Source: Antedon mediterranea
Taxonomy: Eukaryota; Animalia; Echinodermata
NCBI RefSeq assembly: GCF_964355755.1
Contig: NC_092680.1
Coordinates: 15,943,045-16,007,044, forward strand
Length of the DNA: 64,000 nucleotides
Direction: 5' to 3'
The notes beneath the pieces were generated by a model. It did not search any database and was not told the DNA's origin. It worked only from the letters and a program-made list of their open reading frames with translations. The number at the start of each line of letters is the position of its first letter. Positions within the stretch are counted from its first letter, which is position 1. Position numbers and translations under genes: made by a program. Positions 1-11,683 of this stretch are shown here, one piece after another.

Positions 1-3000
1 CTACTGTTTAACTAAAACTGGCCATATGAAAATGTCACAACGGCCGATAGGCACAATCTTTATATTCAAATACGGTGAAGGTCAAATTACACGACTTACT
101 TTATTGAAGTTGTTGGGCGTGATGAAGCCGCACATATAGGCATAAAATGGTTTGGAGCTGAGGTATAAACATTTGTAATTCCTGTACATTGCATTGATTT
201 TTAAGACATTTTTCTTATGTTTCTATCGTTTATCCAACTATTTACTACACACAATTATCAGTGCGTTATTTAAAAAAAAAAGATACAGAACTCATGCGCA
301 TGCTTTTTGTAATTAACAATATTATATCGATCGTTCGCGTTATGTTTAACGAATTTGATTTTTATATTTAAAGCTACCACAAGGTTAGTTTGTATGTTTA
401 TCATAATTGTTATGTTCTGTTTTCCTGTAGCCATGGCTACTCATTTTATTATCCATTGATAATTCTATTGATGTAGGCGTCAAGATGGAAATTCCCATCT
501 TGAAAGTTGTTCAAACATTTATTTAAACCTGTTTGGCAATGGCCCAAATGGACGAGACAACAAAAAGTAAAAACGCATAACGTTAAAGATGTATTGTCCC
601 TTGAAACACAAAAAATGGAAAAAAAAAATATTCTAAATTTAAATTGGCCATATCAAAGTAATATTAAAGTTATTCACTTTAAGTCGAAAATTTGAGCCAA
701 AAACAAGTTGAGGTAATTAACAGGTACATTAATTTAATTACATTTCGTCTGAAAAATCGTCACAAGCGAAAGTAAACAAAGATTTCAAACCATGAGTATG
801 CATTATGCATGATGCTAATTAGGATTGTTTACAACTCGTTGCGGTTGAGAAGGTATTTTCACACAGATCGCGAAGAAGTTTTTTTATTATGCATACAGAG
901 TAGCCAAACAAGCGCGTTGCATTATGAGATATGTTTTGATCGAAAACCTCGACTAGAAGTCAAAGTAATTTTTTGAACAAAAAACCGTCTGTATTTCGGT
1001 TAAAGATGTATTGTCCCCAAAAAATGAAAAATAAAGATGAAAAAAATCTAATTTTGAATAGACCGTTCTGTAGTTAACATAAAGTTATTCACTTCCACCG
1101 AAAAAAAATCCGAAAAAAATATTGATTTCGCTTATAAAAAATCAAAATAAGTTTACCATTTTTTCGAACTCATCGGCTCAGAAATTAGGCCGGTAGAGCT
1201 AACTCATACATATGCATGATATGTTAATGAGCATCCACACAGCAGAGATCTGATCTAACAATGGACGATGCACGTTGTATGTACACAACAACACCACCAG
1301 AGATCGACGCGACTCGACTGTGGGTTTCCCTGGCCTGATCGTATAAATATGTAAAGCTGAGCTGTTAATTTGTCGGTAAGTAGGCCTAGACGGTTATTTT
1401 AAATATAATAATACAGTATATATAACGCAATAATAACAGGAAGGTAAATTAATTAACTTAGCCTGAAATTTTTTCAGTTCAGGGCTAGGCCTAGAATAAT
1501 TAATACATGCTGCTGCATATTACTAGGCTAGTAGCAAGCAGACTGTGACAATCGGGTCCCTGCAGAAGATGCCCAGCTAGGCCCTATACATTGTACTCTT
1601 CATAGACTGGCCTAGGCTATATGCCATCAATCTTAGCTACATTCCGAAAATACAGCCAGCTTGCTGTACCATATATATTTACAGTTGAAGCTTGTTTAAC
1701 TAATTTTTATGATAAAAATAACATTTTTCAGGGAAAATGGTTGCAATACAAGCCTGAAATTGAGAACCTTCCAGCAGCACTGTACAAGTAGACAGAGGGG
1801 AAAAGCCAGCTTAGCCATTTTACAACACAAACAAATGTTCTCTGTACTGTAGTAAGTCAAATATTTATTTTCTCTTTTTATAAGTTATAACGTTATAAGT
1901 AATGTGTTTTAATTACCATAGAAAGGTAGTATACTTATTTGACTATGTCAAAGTAAGCAATTTCACTAGCCCAATTTTGCACTAAATAAATACTTTGCTT
2001 TTACTTTTTTTAAAGACGTTGAGCTGATGAAGATTGGAACAGAGGTCACCCAAAGACAACAATGATAGACTCGGTATTGGAATATGATTGGATATTGCAG
2101 GAAAAATATTCCTGACTCTCCTGCTGCATTCGGCCAATATGTTCTTGTCCAGCTTGTAAAATATTGTATAATTTTTTTTGTATTATATATTATTTTGTAA
2201 ACATAACATTCAATAAATAAAAAAAAAACTACTACAACAGTACACAGGATAAATTCTTCAAATTTACTTACACTTCATAATTTTACTGTAAATATTACAG
2301 TGCAAAAGGAGTTAATAAAATATATATATACAGTATATCTTATTGAATTCCTGTATTGTTTTTTGTGTCAATTTGTCTACTAATTATCAATGTGTTGATT
2401 GTGGCAGTAATTACGACAGCTATAGTCTTCTAAGATCGCTCACATCCATTACAAAGTGTCATTTTAATAGTAAGAAACGTTTCAATAAATTGTGAATGTT
2501 GCCACTGTACGATACATTTTATGTTTCTCACTACTTGCTCTTATTGTTCAATCAATCAACCTAAAAAAAAAAAGAAATTTGTGTCAAAATATCTGCATAA
2601 AATGTTTATTTGCGGAATGCTAATTTGAACCTATTGCATTTGATACAGAAAATATTTTTAAAATATTGCATCAGTAAAACATCCAAACAATATTTAGATT
2701 TTCTTTTTTTTTTTTATTTTCACTGCCGAATAGATAGTTGAAATCTTTAAAAATTAAACCAATTCATCATGATAGAAACAAAAATACATCCCTTCTGGTG
2801 GTGGTCTACTGTAGCCCTAGCTAGCAGTGTACTGCCTAGGCCTACTACACTCTACTTCTAGAGACAGAAGTAGGCAGCAGTTAGGCTACTCGAGACTGTC
2901 AGTGCTAGTATTAGTAGTACAGTAGCAGCAAATTCGGGCCTAGGCCTAGCTAGGCCTCTCCTGTTAGCGAAACAAAAACTCACCTAAATGAATAAGATTC

Positions 3001-3067
3001 AACATCAAAGTTACCAACTGTAATTGTAACTTAGCATTCTGCATGCTAGCTATATGTCTACGACCTT

Positions 3068-4966
3068 ATGGATACAAATGATAAAACTGCGATGCTAGCT
3101 ACTACTCTACAAAATGCATATTATAGTAATTTCCCGACTGAGTTGCTGAAAATGAGGAGTACTGATCACCCATGGCTTTCGAAAAGAGTGAAACAACTCA
3201 TAAAGCAACGACAAAAAGCATATGTTAAATTTGGAAAATCTAGCAAGTGGAAAAAACTTCGAAATGGGGTACAAAAAGCGATTATGGACGCGAAAAAATC
3301 TTACTACCAAGACGCGATTTCTGGCCTTCACAATTCGGACTCCTCCAAATGGCACAAGAATGTTGGAAAACTTTGTAATCTTAATCAGAAGCAGTCATTT
3401 AGCATTCCAGGTCTTAACGAAAAGGAAACCGCTGAGTCAATTAATCAGCACTTTGCGGATGTCTGTTGCCAATTACCTGCTCTGGACCAAAACAACTTGC
3501 CTGCATATCTTCCATCCTCGCAGCCGCCTCCTGAAATCTATCCTGGACAGGTCCAGAGATTGCTACAATCAATAAAACCCAAAAAGGCAGGACATCCAGA
3601 AGACCTGCCTGCTAAACTTTTAAGAGAATGTGCTTTTGAACTAGCGCCCCCCATAACCAATGTGTTTAATTGCGCCCTAAAAGCAGGTATTTTCCCTGAT
3701 AGGTGGAAGCATGCGACAGTAGTACCTGTCCCTAAAATCAAAGGAGCTAATACCTGTAACGATCTGCGTCCTATTTCACTTACACCCTTATTAGCAAGAA
3801 ATTTTGAGACTTTTTTAGTTAATTGGATCATAGAGGACATTAGCGTTAAGCTTGATAGTAGACAATTCGGGAGCCGCAAGGGTGCATCCACCACCCATTA
3901 CTTAATTAGTTTAATTGATTCTGTATTGAAGGATACTGATGGTAAACATTGTTATGTTAATTTATGCGCGGTTGATTTTGCTAAAGCCTTTGATCGGGTT
4001 GATCATACTATAATTATTAACAAATTAATAGATATCGGAGTGAGATCATCCATAATACCCATCATCTGCAGCTTCCTTACTAATAGAGGCATCAATACCA
4101 GAGTGGGTAAGACCATCTCGGGTACAAGAAAGATCACCTGCGGCGTGCCCCAGGGCACTAAATTGGGCCCAGTTTTATTTCTGGTCATAATTAATGATGC
4201 CAGTCTAGGAAGCTGCAGAAGATGGAAGTATGTGGATGATCTCACTCTAGGTGAAGTCGTGAAAAAAAACAATAATTCCCATTTACAGGTCTCCCTTGAT
4301 GATTTGGATGACTGGTGTAAAGCTAACAATATGTTGCCTAAACCGTCTAAATGCCATGTTATGACAATTAATTTTTTGCGTAATGCTAGTGAGTTCCAGC
4401 CATTCACCCTCAACAATACTATCCTTGAATGTGTTGGCAACCTCAAATTGTTAGGGGTTACTATTCAAGATAATATGAAATGGGACATGCATGTCACAGA
4501 CATAGTCTCTAAGGCATCTCGAAAGATGTTTGCTTTATTTGTGATGAGGAGGTCTCACGCGTCTGTGAATGACCTGATCAAGGTGTTCTGTTGCTATATT
4601 AGACCTATTCTTGAGTATGCATGCCCTGTGTGGCATGGTGCAATTACTAAAAAATTAGCACATAAAATTGAAGCTGTTCAAAAAAGAGCTCTAAGAACTA
4701 TCCTGGGAAAAAATTATATATCGTACGATTTAGCTTTAGAGGAGACGCAACTCCTTTCGCTTGCGGCAAAGAGGGAAAGTCTGGTGCTTTCCTTTGGTCA
4801 GGGTCTCATAAAATCGACTTTGCACAGGGATATGCTCCCTCCTTGCCGCAAGCGAAAATTAAACCTTAGATCCAATGGTGGAAATCTGGAAGTGCCTAAA
4901 TGCAAAACCGACAGATATAAACGGTCTGCTGTACCGTATATTGTTAATCTGCTTAACTCGAAATAA
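3068..4966 (+). CDS. LINE ORF2 fragment: reverse transcriptase
   Basis: Motifs LRPISLT, QFG, DFAKAFDRVDH, GVPQGTKLGP, KYVDD, LLGV, LEYACPVWH; uninterrupted for 632 codons. Confidence 0.9.
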   Translation: MDTNDKTAMLATTLQNAYYSNFPTELLKMRSTDHPWLSKRVKQLIKQRQKAYVKFGKSSKWKKLRNGVQKAIMDAKKSYYQDAISGLHNSDSSKWHKNVGKLCNLNQKQSFSIPGLNEKETAESINQHFADVCCQLPALDQNNLPAYLPSSQPPPEIYPGQVQRLLQSIKPKKAGHPEDLPAKLLRECAFELAPPITNVFNCALKAGIFPDRWKHATVVPVPKIKGANTCNDLRPISLTPLLARNFETFLVNWIIEDISVKLDSRQFGSRKGASTTHYLISLIDSVLKDTDGKHCYVNLCAVDFAKAFDRVDHTIIINKLIDIGVRSSIIPIICSFLTNRGINTRVGKTISGTRKITCGVPQGTKLGPVLFLVIINDASLGSCRRWKYVDDLTLGEVVKKNNNSHLQVSLDDLDDWCKANNMLPKPSKCHVMTINFLRNASEFQPFTLNNTILECVGNLKLLGVTIQDNMKWDMHVTDIVSKASRKMFALFVMRRSHASVNDLIKVFCCYIRPILEYACPVWHGAITKKLAHKIEAVQKRALRTILGKNYISYDLALEETQLLSLAAKRESLVLSFGQGLIKSTLHRDMLPPCRKRKLNLRSNGGNLEVPKCKTDRYKRSAVPYIVNLLNSK

Positions 4967-5251
4967 TTTTTTTATATAGGATTTTTATAAGAAAATAAAT
5001 AAATTCATTTAAATTAATACTATTGTATTTATTGCTTAAAATAAATTAAAACCTTGATAAATATTTTTAAAATACTAGATAAATTTTAATGATAATGTAC
5101 AGTATATTTATTTTTCTTATGCATATTGTAAATTGTTTTGTATTTTTTATCTGTAATGTAATTTTTTTATATAATGTGCTACAATAATTTCAGACTTGTT
5201 CTGCTTTTTGTAATGTTTCATATACCGAAATAAATAAATAAATAAATAAAT
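3068..5251 (+). mobile_element. 5'-truncated non-LTR retrotransposon (L2/Crack/Daphne-type LINE)
   Basis: RT ORF followed by an AT-rich 3' UTR ending in (TAAA)n at ~5230-5251. No endonuclease domain is present and no TSD was seen. Confidence 0.85.
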
Positions 5252-7004
5252 ATAGTTTCCGTGTTTTCTTCAAGATTCGTCTCGCATCACTACTCGACTC
5301 TCTCGCACGCATGCATTGCTATCGTTGTTGGCTGTTGATTTGGAAAACATCATCATCCACACGATGTATATATCCATACAATATGAATATTTATGAGCTA
5401 ACTCAGGTCAAGGGTTAAATTAAACCGGAACACATTTGTCTTCCAGACAAATAGCTTCCGGTTGGTTAATTTTTGCATTAAATTGCGATTTTCCCGTGTA
5501 AAAAAATTATTTTTTTCAATCCAAATTGAGGTCAAAGTGAATAACTTTTATGTGCAATTAAAATGGCCTATTCAACAAAAATATTGAAAACAAAATTTTT
5601 TTCAGGGGGACAATACATCTTTAAATTAAGTTTTTTTTCGACTAATTTTTGGTGAAAGTTAATAACTATTATGATACTTCAAAATGACCCACTTTTTTTC
5701 GAAATAGTTAAAAAAATTTTTTTTTGAATTAGTCAAAGTGACAATACATCTTTAACACGCCATGCCTAAATACGAAACAGTACAGAATTCACTTTCTCGT
5801 GGTGGGTGCGGGAGTTTTATATTACAATATAAATATTTAAATAGTTTACAGTACTGTGCTGTTAGTCTGAAATAAATAAACAAATAATGTTTATTTCTTA
5901 TATTAAGGTTGGTTTGAAAACTTTTTTAACTGATTCTATTATAAAGCCACATTATTATCTTTATTAATGAGCACGTTAGCAAAGCTGTCTAAAATATGTT
6001 GTTGTAGTTTTTTTTTTCTTTCTTTTGTTTAAAATCGGGTTTTAAATAAAACGGCCGCTTATGCTTACGCGTTATAATGTTCAGTTAAAATGTACCATTT
6101 ATATTCGCATTTGCTTACCATGCCGTCATATTTACTGGGATATGCAATACCAGTTTTCTGCTACCTCTGTACCTTAAATGTGTGATTATAGGCCTAATTA
6201 GCCGATAGTTGCCGTCATTCTATTAAAAACATTGGTATACAACCGACATGGTATTGATACCATTTAGATATAAATAGTTTGTGGGAATTAGAAGATGCTG
6301 CACCTTATTAAAAGATAGACCATAATTTGAAATTTGTGTTTTATTGTTGAAAGTGTACAATTAAAAAGTAATTATAAATGTGTTAGGCCTATATTCTGAA
6401 CAAAACTAAGGAGAGGTATTGTCTCATTTTTTGTTTGTTTGTTTTGTATGTTTAAGAAATCGAAATTAGAATTATGTTTTATTTTCAGATTGAACAATAT
6501 AATACCAATGAAATTTACATTCTGGAATGTATAATAAAGTTATTTTGCAATCCTTGTAACATTATTCATTTGATGTATTGTTGTTATTATATTGTAATTA
6601 TGAAAGTATCTGAAAATGAGTTACGGGCCTACTCAGATTTACTTTTATTATACTGTATATAGTTTATTTATCATGTTATGACTCAGCGGCGTGTGCCGGT
6701 CCATCAGGCTGTCAGGTTAACACAGCCCTTAACTCTCTCCCTCTACGCAGGAAATATATCAAACGTGAATAAACGTCTTGCCTCACAAATTACATATTCA
6801 CAGGAAAACTTGCATTTACACAAGCTTAGGCACGAACAGTGCAGTTTCTTTGAATACATTATTTCTTTAAATAATGCAGTATTTATTAGTATTTTCTTTG
6901 TGCGTAAACTTTTTAGTAGAAAAACAAAAATTTTAAATCATGAACGAGGTTAATTGCAGATAGTTTTTTTAATGAATTGTCTGATTGATTGAGAAATATC
7001 AACA

Positions 7005-8654
7005 ATGGTGACAGTAAGGACCGTTATCGGAATAGTTGCCGTTAATTTTATATTTTTAGCAGAATGTACTGTCTTTATCAAATTGGGAGGCCAGGATTTG
7101 ACAGTCACGCATGGAAAGAATGTTTTGCTTTACTGTCGAGCACCTGAAATCACCACACTAAAGATGTTGCTAGGAAAGCAGGGACAAGTTAATTTATCAC
7201 TTAAGGATACAACATGGAGTCGTTTTATGTTCATGTGGAACGGAATTAATAAAGGATTTGGACTGATACCTATTTCAAGACGTGAAACACAATGTCAATA
7301 TTTACTGAGGTTTATTCGCTCTATCGCTGGCACAGGTTCTGTTACGGTACTGTCAGCGCCTGAGGTCGGTTCCCCTTCCTGCACGATGGATATCCCATCA
7401 TCACATCTTCATGTTGGAGAAGAAGTCCGCTTAACATGCACTTCCAGTGGTGGTAATCCGCCAGCTGAATTGCAATGGTCTTCCGGAGGACGTCAAATGC
7501 AACAAATCGCAACTAGAAAGTCAACCATAACCCATTTACTAGAACCACCTGATAACGGCGCTGTATTCACTTGCACTGCGCGTAGTCGCGCAATGGATCG
7601 CCCACGCAGCTGCAGCCTGCAACCACTAAATATCCAACCAACAGTAAGTATTAAACCTGTTACTAATTTGGTGGAAGTTGAAGAAACGGCCATGTTTAGA
7701 TGCAAGGGTGATGGTGTCCCTCGGATTGAAAGTTACAAGTGGTATTTTGGTGACCAGTTAATAACATCGACGACAGGTAGAATAAGAAAAGTAGGCCGAG
7801 AGTTGTACATAGACGAAGTTTTTTGGCGGGATCATAACGTCATTGTTCGATGTATAGTATCAACACAAAATGGATTGACAGCTAACACGACAGGAGTTGT
7901 ACGAGTAGTTTATGATCTTGAACCAACAGCGCTCCATGCAGTACCAAATGGAGGAGGCGGATACATACCACCCATGCCCACGGACCATTCGAATACTAAA
8001 CAAGTTAGTAGCCTCGTAGTACTAATAGGGCTTGGAATAGCTGGATTATTATTTGGTACGGGTACAATTATGACATATATAGTCTATGTTAAATTATCTA
8101 ATAAAAAGGAGAATGAAAGATATGGGCCTTCACTATTAAGAAGAGGTCGTATTGATAAACAGGCACAGACTAGTACGAGGCATCGAAGTAAAACGTCGGT
8201 GTTTAGCATTTCTTCAGCATCAGGTGGCATTAACAACACTATGCAATCATCAACTCAAATAGAAGAGAAACCCAGGAATAGTGCGTCATGCCGTCTTGAA
8301 AGAGTTCCAAGTGAGGCATATAAACGAGGACAGAGTTTAGTAGCAATAAACGAAGAAGCGAGTTTGTCGTATGAACAGATAAATCATCCGGATGATGCTG
8401 GAAGTTCTTATTATGACTTTTCTGGAGAATATCTTCCTGATATTATTGATTACGATGATGTCTCTCTAGAATCTCAGCAAAGTCGTGATAATAAAACAGC
8501 TGACATGAATGACTTCTATGAAGCTTTGCGTCCAAATTCTGATTTTCTTGATGATGCGGACATCAATGAAATAATTGAAGCCGCCATGCGACGAGCATCC
8601 CTGACGCGCGATGGCCAACTATTTTACGTCAGTTCGAAAAGTTGGGCTCTTTAA
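7005..8654 (+). CDS. Intronless Ig-superfamily type-I receptor A (atypical D1, C2, Ig, TM, Tyr-motif tail)
   Basis: Signal peptide MVTV..LAEC. D2 LTCTSSGGNPPAELQW..DNGAVFTC; D3 FRCKGDGVP..YKW..VRC. TM LVVLIGLGIAGLLFGTGTIMTYIVYV. Tail has LSYEQI, IDYDDV, FYEAL. Confidence 0.85.
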   Translation: MVTVRTVIGIVAVNFIFLAECTVFIKLGGQDLTVTHGKNVLLYCRAPEITTLKMLLGKQGQVNLSLKDTTWSRFMFMWNGINKGFGLIPISRRETQCQYLLRFIRSIAGTGSVTVLSAPEVGSPSCTMDIPSSHLHVGEEVRLTCTSSGGNPPAELQWSSGGRQMQQIATRKSTITHLLEPPDNGAVFTCTARSRAMDRPRSCSLQPLNIQPTVSIKPVTNLVEVEETAMFRCKGDGVPRIESYKWYFGDQLITSTTGRIRKVGRELYIDEVFWRDHNVIVRCIVSTQNGLTANTTGVVRVVYDLEPTALHAVPNGGGGYIPPMPTDHSNTKQVSSLVVLIGLGIAGLLFGTGTIMTYIVYVKLSNKKENERYGPSLLRRGRIDKQAQTSTRHRSKTSVFSISSASGGINNTMQSSTQIEEKPRNSASCRLERVPSEAYKRGQSLVAINEEASLSYEQINHPDDAGSSYYDFSGEYLPDIIDYDDVSLESQQSRDNKTADMNDFYEALRPNSDFLDDADINEIIEAAMRRASLTRDGQLFYVSSKSWAL

Positions 8655-11591
8655 TAAATGATAGGAGACTGAATTACTAATATGACTAAATTAATTTTGC
8701 AGTACACTGCTCTTTCCAAAATGAAGTAAAGTTGAAAATATATCGACGTTGTTGCTAAACGTCTTCGATTTTGTTTATTCGCCATGAACATCAAACATTA
8801 TTAGAAAAGAGAAGAGCGAGATTGATGTCACCCTTCCCCTATTATATTATTTACGGTAGTTTATTCGAAACGAATTATAATTTAGAAAATTTATGTGAAA
8901 TCAAAAATATTATTTTCTATTTCAAGAAAGCATTATGCTTTTGGTATACACTTCTTTCACTTTTTTGAACCCACTATTTGACCTTACATTTTTTGTCATT
9001 ACTGATTTTTAATCAAATTATCCCATAGGCTTAATATTTAAAAAATGTAATTTCGTTAATACTATAATACTAACAAGACAGCATTCAGACAAGTATACCA
9101 CCTTAAGGGAAATGTTAAAATTAGAATACGCGATAAACACACAACTTCCCTTCCTTCGTAACGGGATTTTCCGGTTATGAATATTAATTTTCTTTATTAA
9201 ATTATTTTAAATATGGAAAATGAAAAGATTTGTTTTTAAAGTCGAAGTATTCTGGAAATGACTTCGTTAAAATCTGAAAATATATGTATATTATCACCAT
9301 TTGTGCTATTAAGTAAAACAAAATTAGCAGCCGATGTTTATTGTTGCCAGTAAACATGATGGTATTATATTAGAGTACATTTGAAATGTACATTGTGGTT
9401 ATGTAAATAAGTAAGTAGCAGTAGTAACGTTATTCCAGTTCATTTAATATACTGTACAAACAATAAAGATACAGAATGGAAAAAGAAAATGCAAGCAAGA
9501 ACAACAAAAGTTTTAAACTTGTGGAAAAGAAAACAAAACATTATATATGTACACGATGCATGCAGGCGGGTCTTGCATTGGTGCGGGCACTCACTTGAAA
9601 CTGTAAAAATATTGATATATAAATAAAGCAAATACAATGTTGTTTTATGTGTAAGTGTGTGTTCATCACGTTATAGTACTGTAGCTTCAGATTTTAAAAA
9701 AATAATGGGAAACAAACATAAAAACGAACAATTACAAGGAATGATTTACCTCAAATGAGCTCGTCAACCCAATTTTAGGTTTCTTAAAAAGATATATTTT
9801 CAAAATTATTGGAAAAGCTGGATGTGGACCGCTGACTTCTTTTTTGTTGTTAAATAAAACATGTCACCATTTTAAACAGTTACAGCAGAATTTAAAAAAA
9901 AACACACACAGTTTGTCTAAATGGATTAGCAAACCGAAAGGTTAACATAATTATTCATTTTTTATTCATCATTATGAATAAGTTGAGTAATTTAAAATTT
10001 CATTTTAGATATATACATTTAATTACATGATTACTTATTAACTTTATTAGACCTTTTAATGTTATATGACAATTATGAAACATTTACTCTTTTAATCTTT
10101 TAAAATTGGCAAAGATCCATTTTGACGAAGATTGTGTGTGTATGATTTTAAAGGAAATGACGCTATTGAATCTAATTCGGCTGTCCCAAACAGGATGCTA
10201 AAATTCGATGAACCTGAAATTATTTAACGCAGCAATAATACAAATGTATGCTAGCTTTGGTTGAAAAGAATAGCCTAGCTCTACATTTTCTCTCACTTTA
10301 TATCAAAGCGAATACTAGGATAATCAAACTGGCAATTAAATATAATATACGGAAGTAGATGAATTTACTGAAAAAAGGGGAATTTAAAACAATGAGTATC
10401 ATGATGGGATATAAAGAACTCTAGTAGTGAGAACGATACCTTGTACTGATAATGTTTTGCTGAAACAATACAGTATATTAATTCGCACACAACTTGGCAG
10501 AATTCGTTTTAACCTCATAAAACAATTACCTACATTTTTAAATGCGCCTTTAGCAGTCTTGGGTGGTATGTGCGCTATAAAAATCCTGTTATTATTATTA
10601 TTATTATTATTATTAGTGTTATTATTATTATTACATATATATTATATTGTTTTATATAACACCTAAATAAATGCCTGTCATTTCATCCCAATCATAAAAA
10701 TTAGTTATTTGTGTAATATTAGTCTACTATTGAACTGCTGTTTACATAAAACACTTACTTTAAATTCTTACAAATAAATAGGTAGTAATTTAATGACTTT
10801 CGATATGGTGATGTGAATTTCTTTTATTACTATTATTATTATTATTATTATTTCGAATAATTTCAGTCCCTGGCATGGTCTCATGAACTCTGTTACGATG
10901 AAAATACCTATATTCATTATGGCTACGTTGTGTTTTAACAGGACATGAATAAGACCGTGGTCGTTCCGATACAGGTTTCCGCACTATCTATGACTCAAAC
11001 GTCTCTATTGCTCTAATAATGGTCTTTCTGTAAACCAGACTTTAAACAAAAAACCCTGTATCGTATTAGAATTAGTCCTCCCGCCTGTAAACTGTAATAA
11101 TACAGGTAGTTGTTATAATGAGATGTATTTATTAGAGATAGGAATATACATCCAGTTCCCTAGATCAATGGTCTTACTGTTGGTTAGTTGACTTCGTTTA
11201 AATTAATGTTATTTCATAGGCCTGTCATCGGATGGTATCATAGAACATTAAATGAAGGCAATATAAACTCATTACTGTATAACAAACACCACGGAAGACG
11301 TGTTTTCAAAACAATGGCCATGAATATGTTCAGAAACTGATTTATATGTTCTAATAATTATAATAAAAAAAAAGCACAAGAGAATAGCGTATTCATCAAG
11401 AAAATCATGAAATGAATCAACAGCGCCACCTACCAACACACAAATAACTAGAGAGGGCGATATGGTTTTATAAGTAAATAAAGTCAACGTATATAAGAAC
11501 TTCATCAAAGTAAGTAGGTAGGTCCATTTCATTTAAATTAATTATGTATTTTTTATTATTTTATTATCAGCTCAAAGTTTCATTTTTCCTT

Positions 11592-11615
11592 TATATATAT
11601 ATATATATATATAGA

Positions 11616-11683
<68 letters not shown>
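11592..11683. repeat. (TA)n microsatellite
   Basis: Direct inspection. Confidence 0.95.

Larger units (their letters stand above)
1004..5620. mobile_element. Inner related Kolobok-like element nested in the outer one
   Basis: AGATGTATTGTCCCC at 1004 and GGGGACAATACATCT ending at 5620. TTAA at 1000-1003 and 5621-5624. About 100 bp of imperfect TIR including AAAGTTATTCACTT / AAGTGAATAACTTT. Confidence 0.75.
587..5751. mobile_element. Outer non-autonomous DNA transposon, Kolobok-like
   Basis: Termini AGATGTATTGTC (587) and GACAATACATCT (ends 5751) are inverted repeats, with further imperfect TIR similarity inward. TTAA flanks both ends (583-586, 5752-5755). RR...YY ends with TTAA TSD fit Kolobok. 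Confidence 0.7.
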
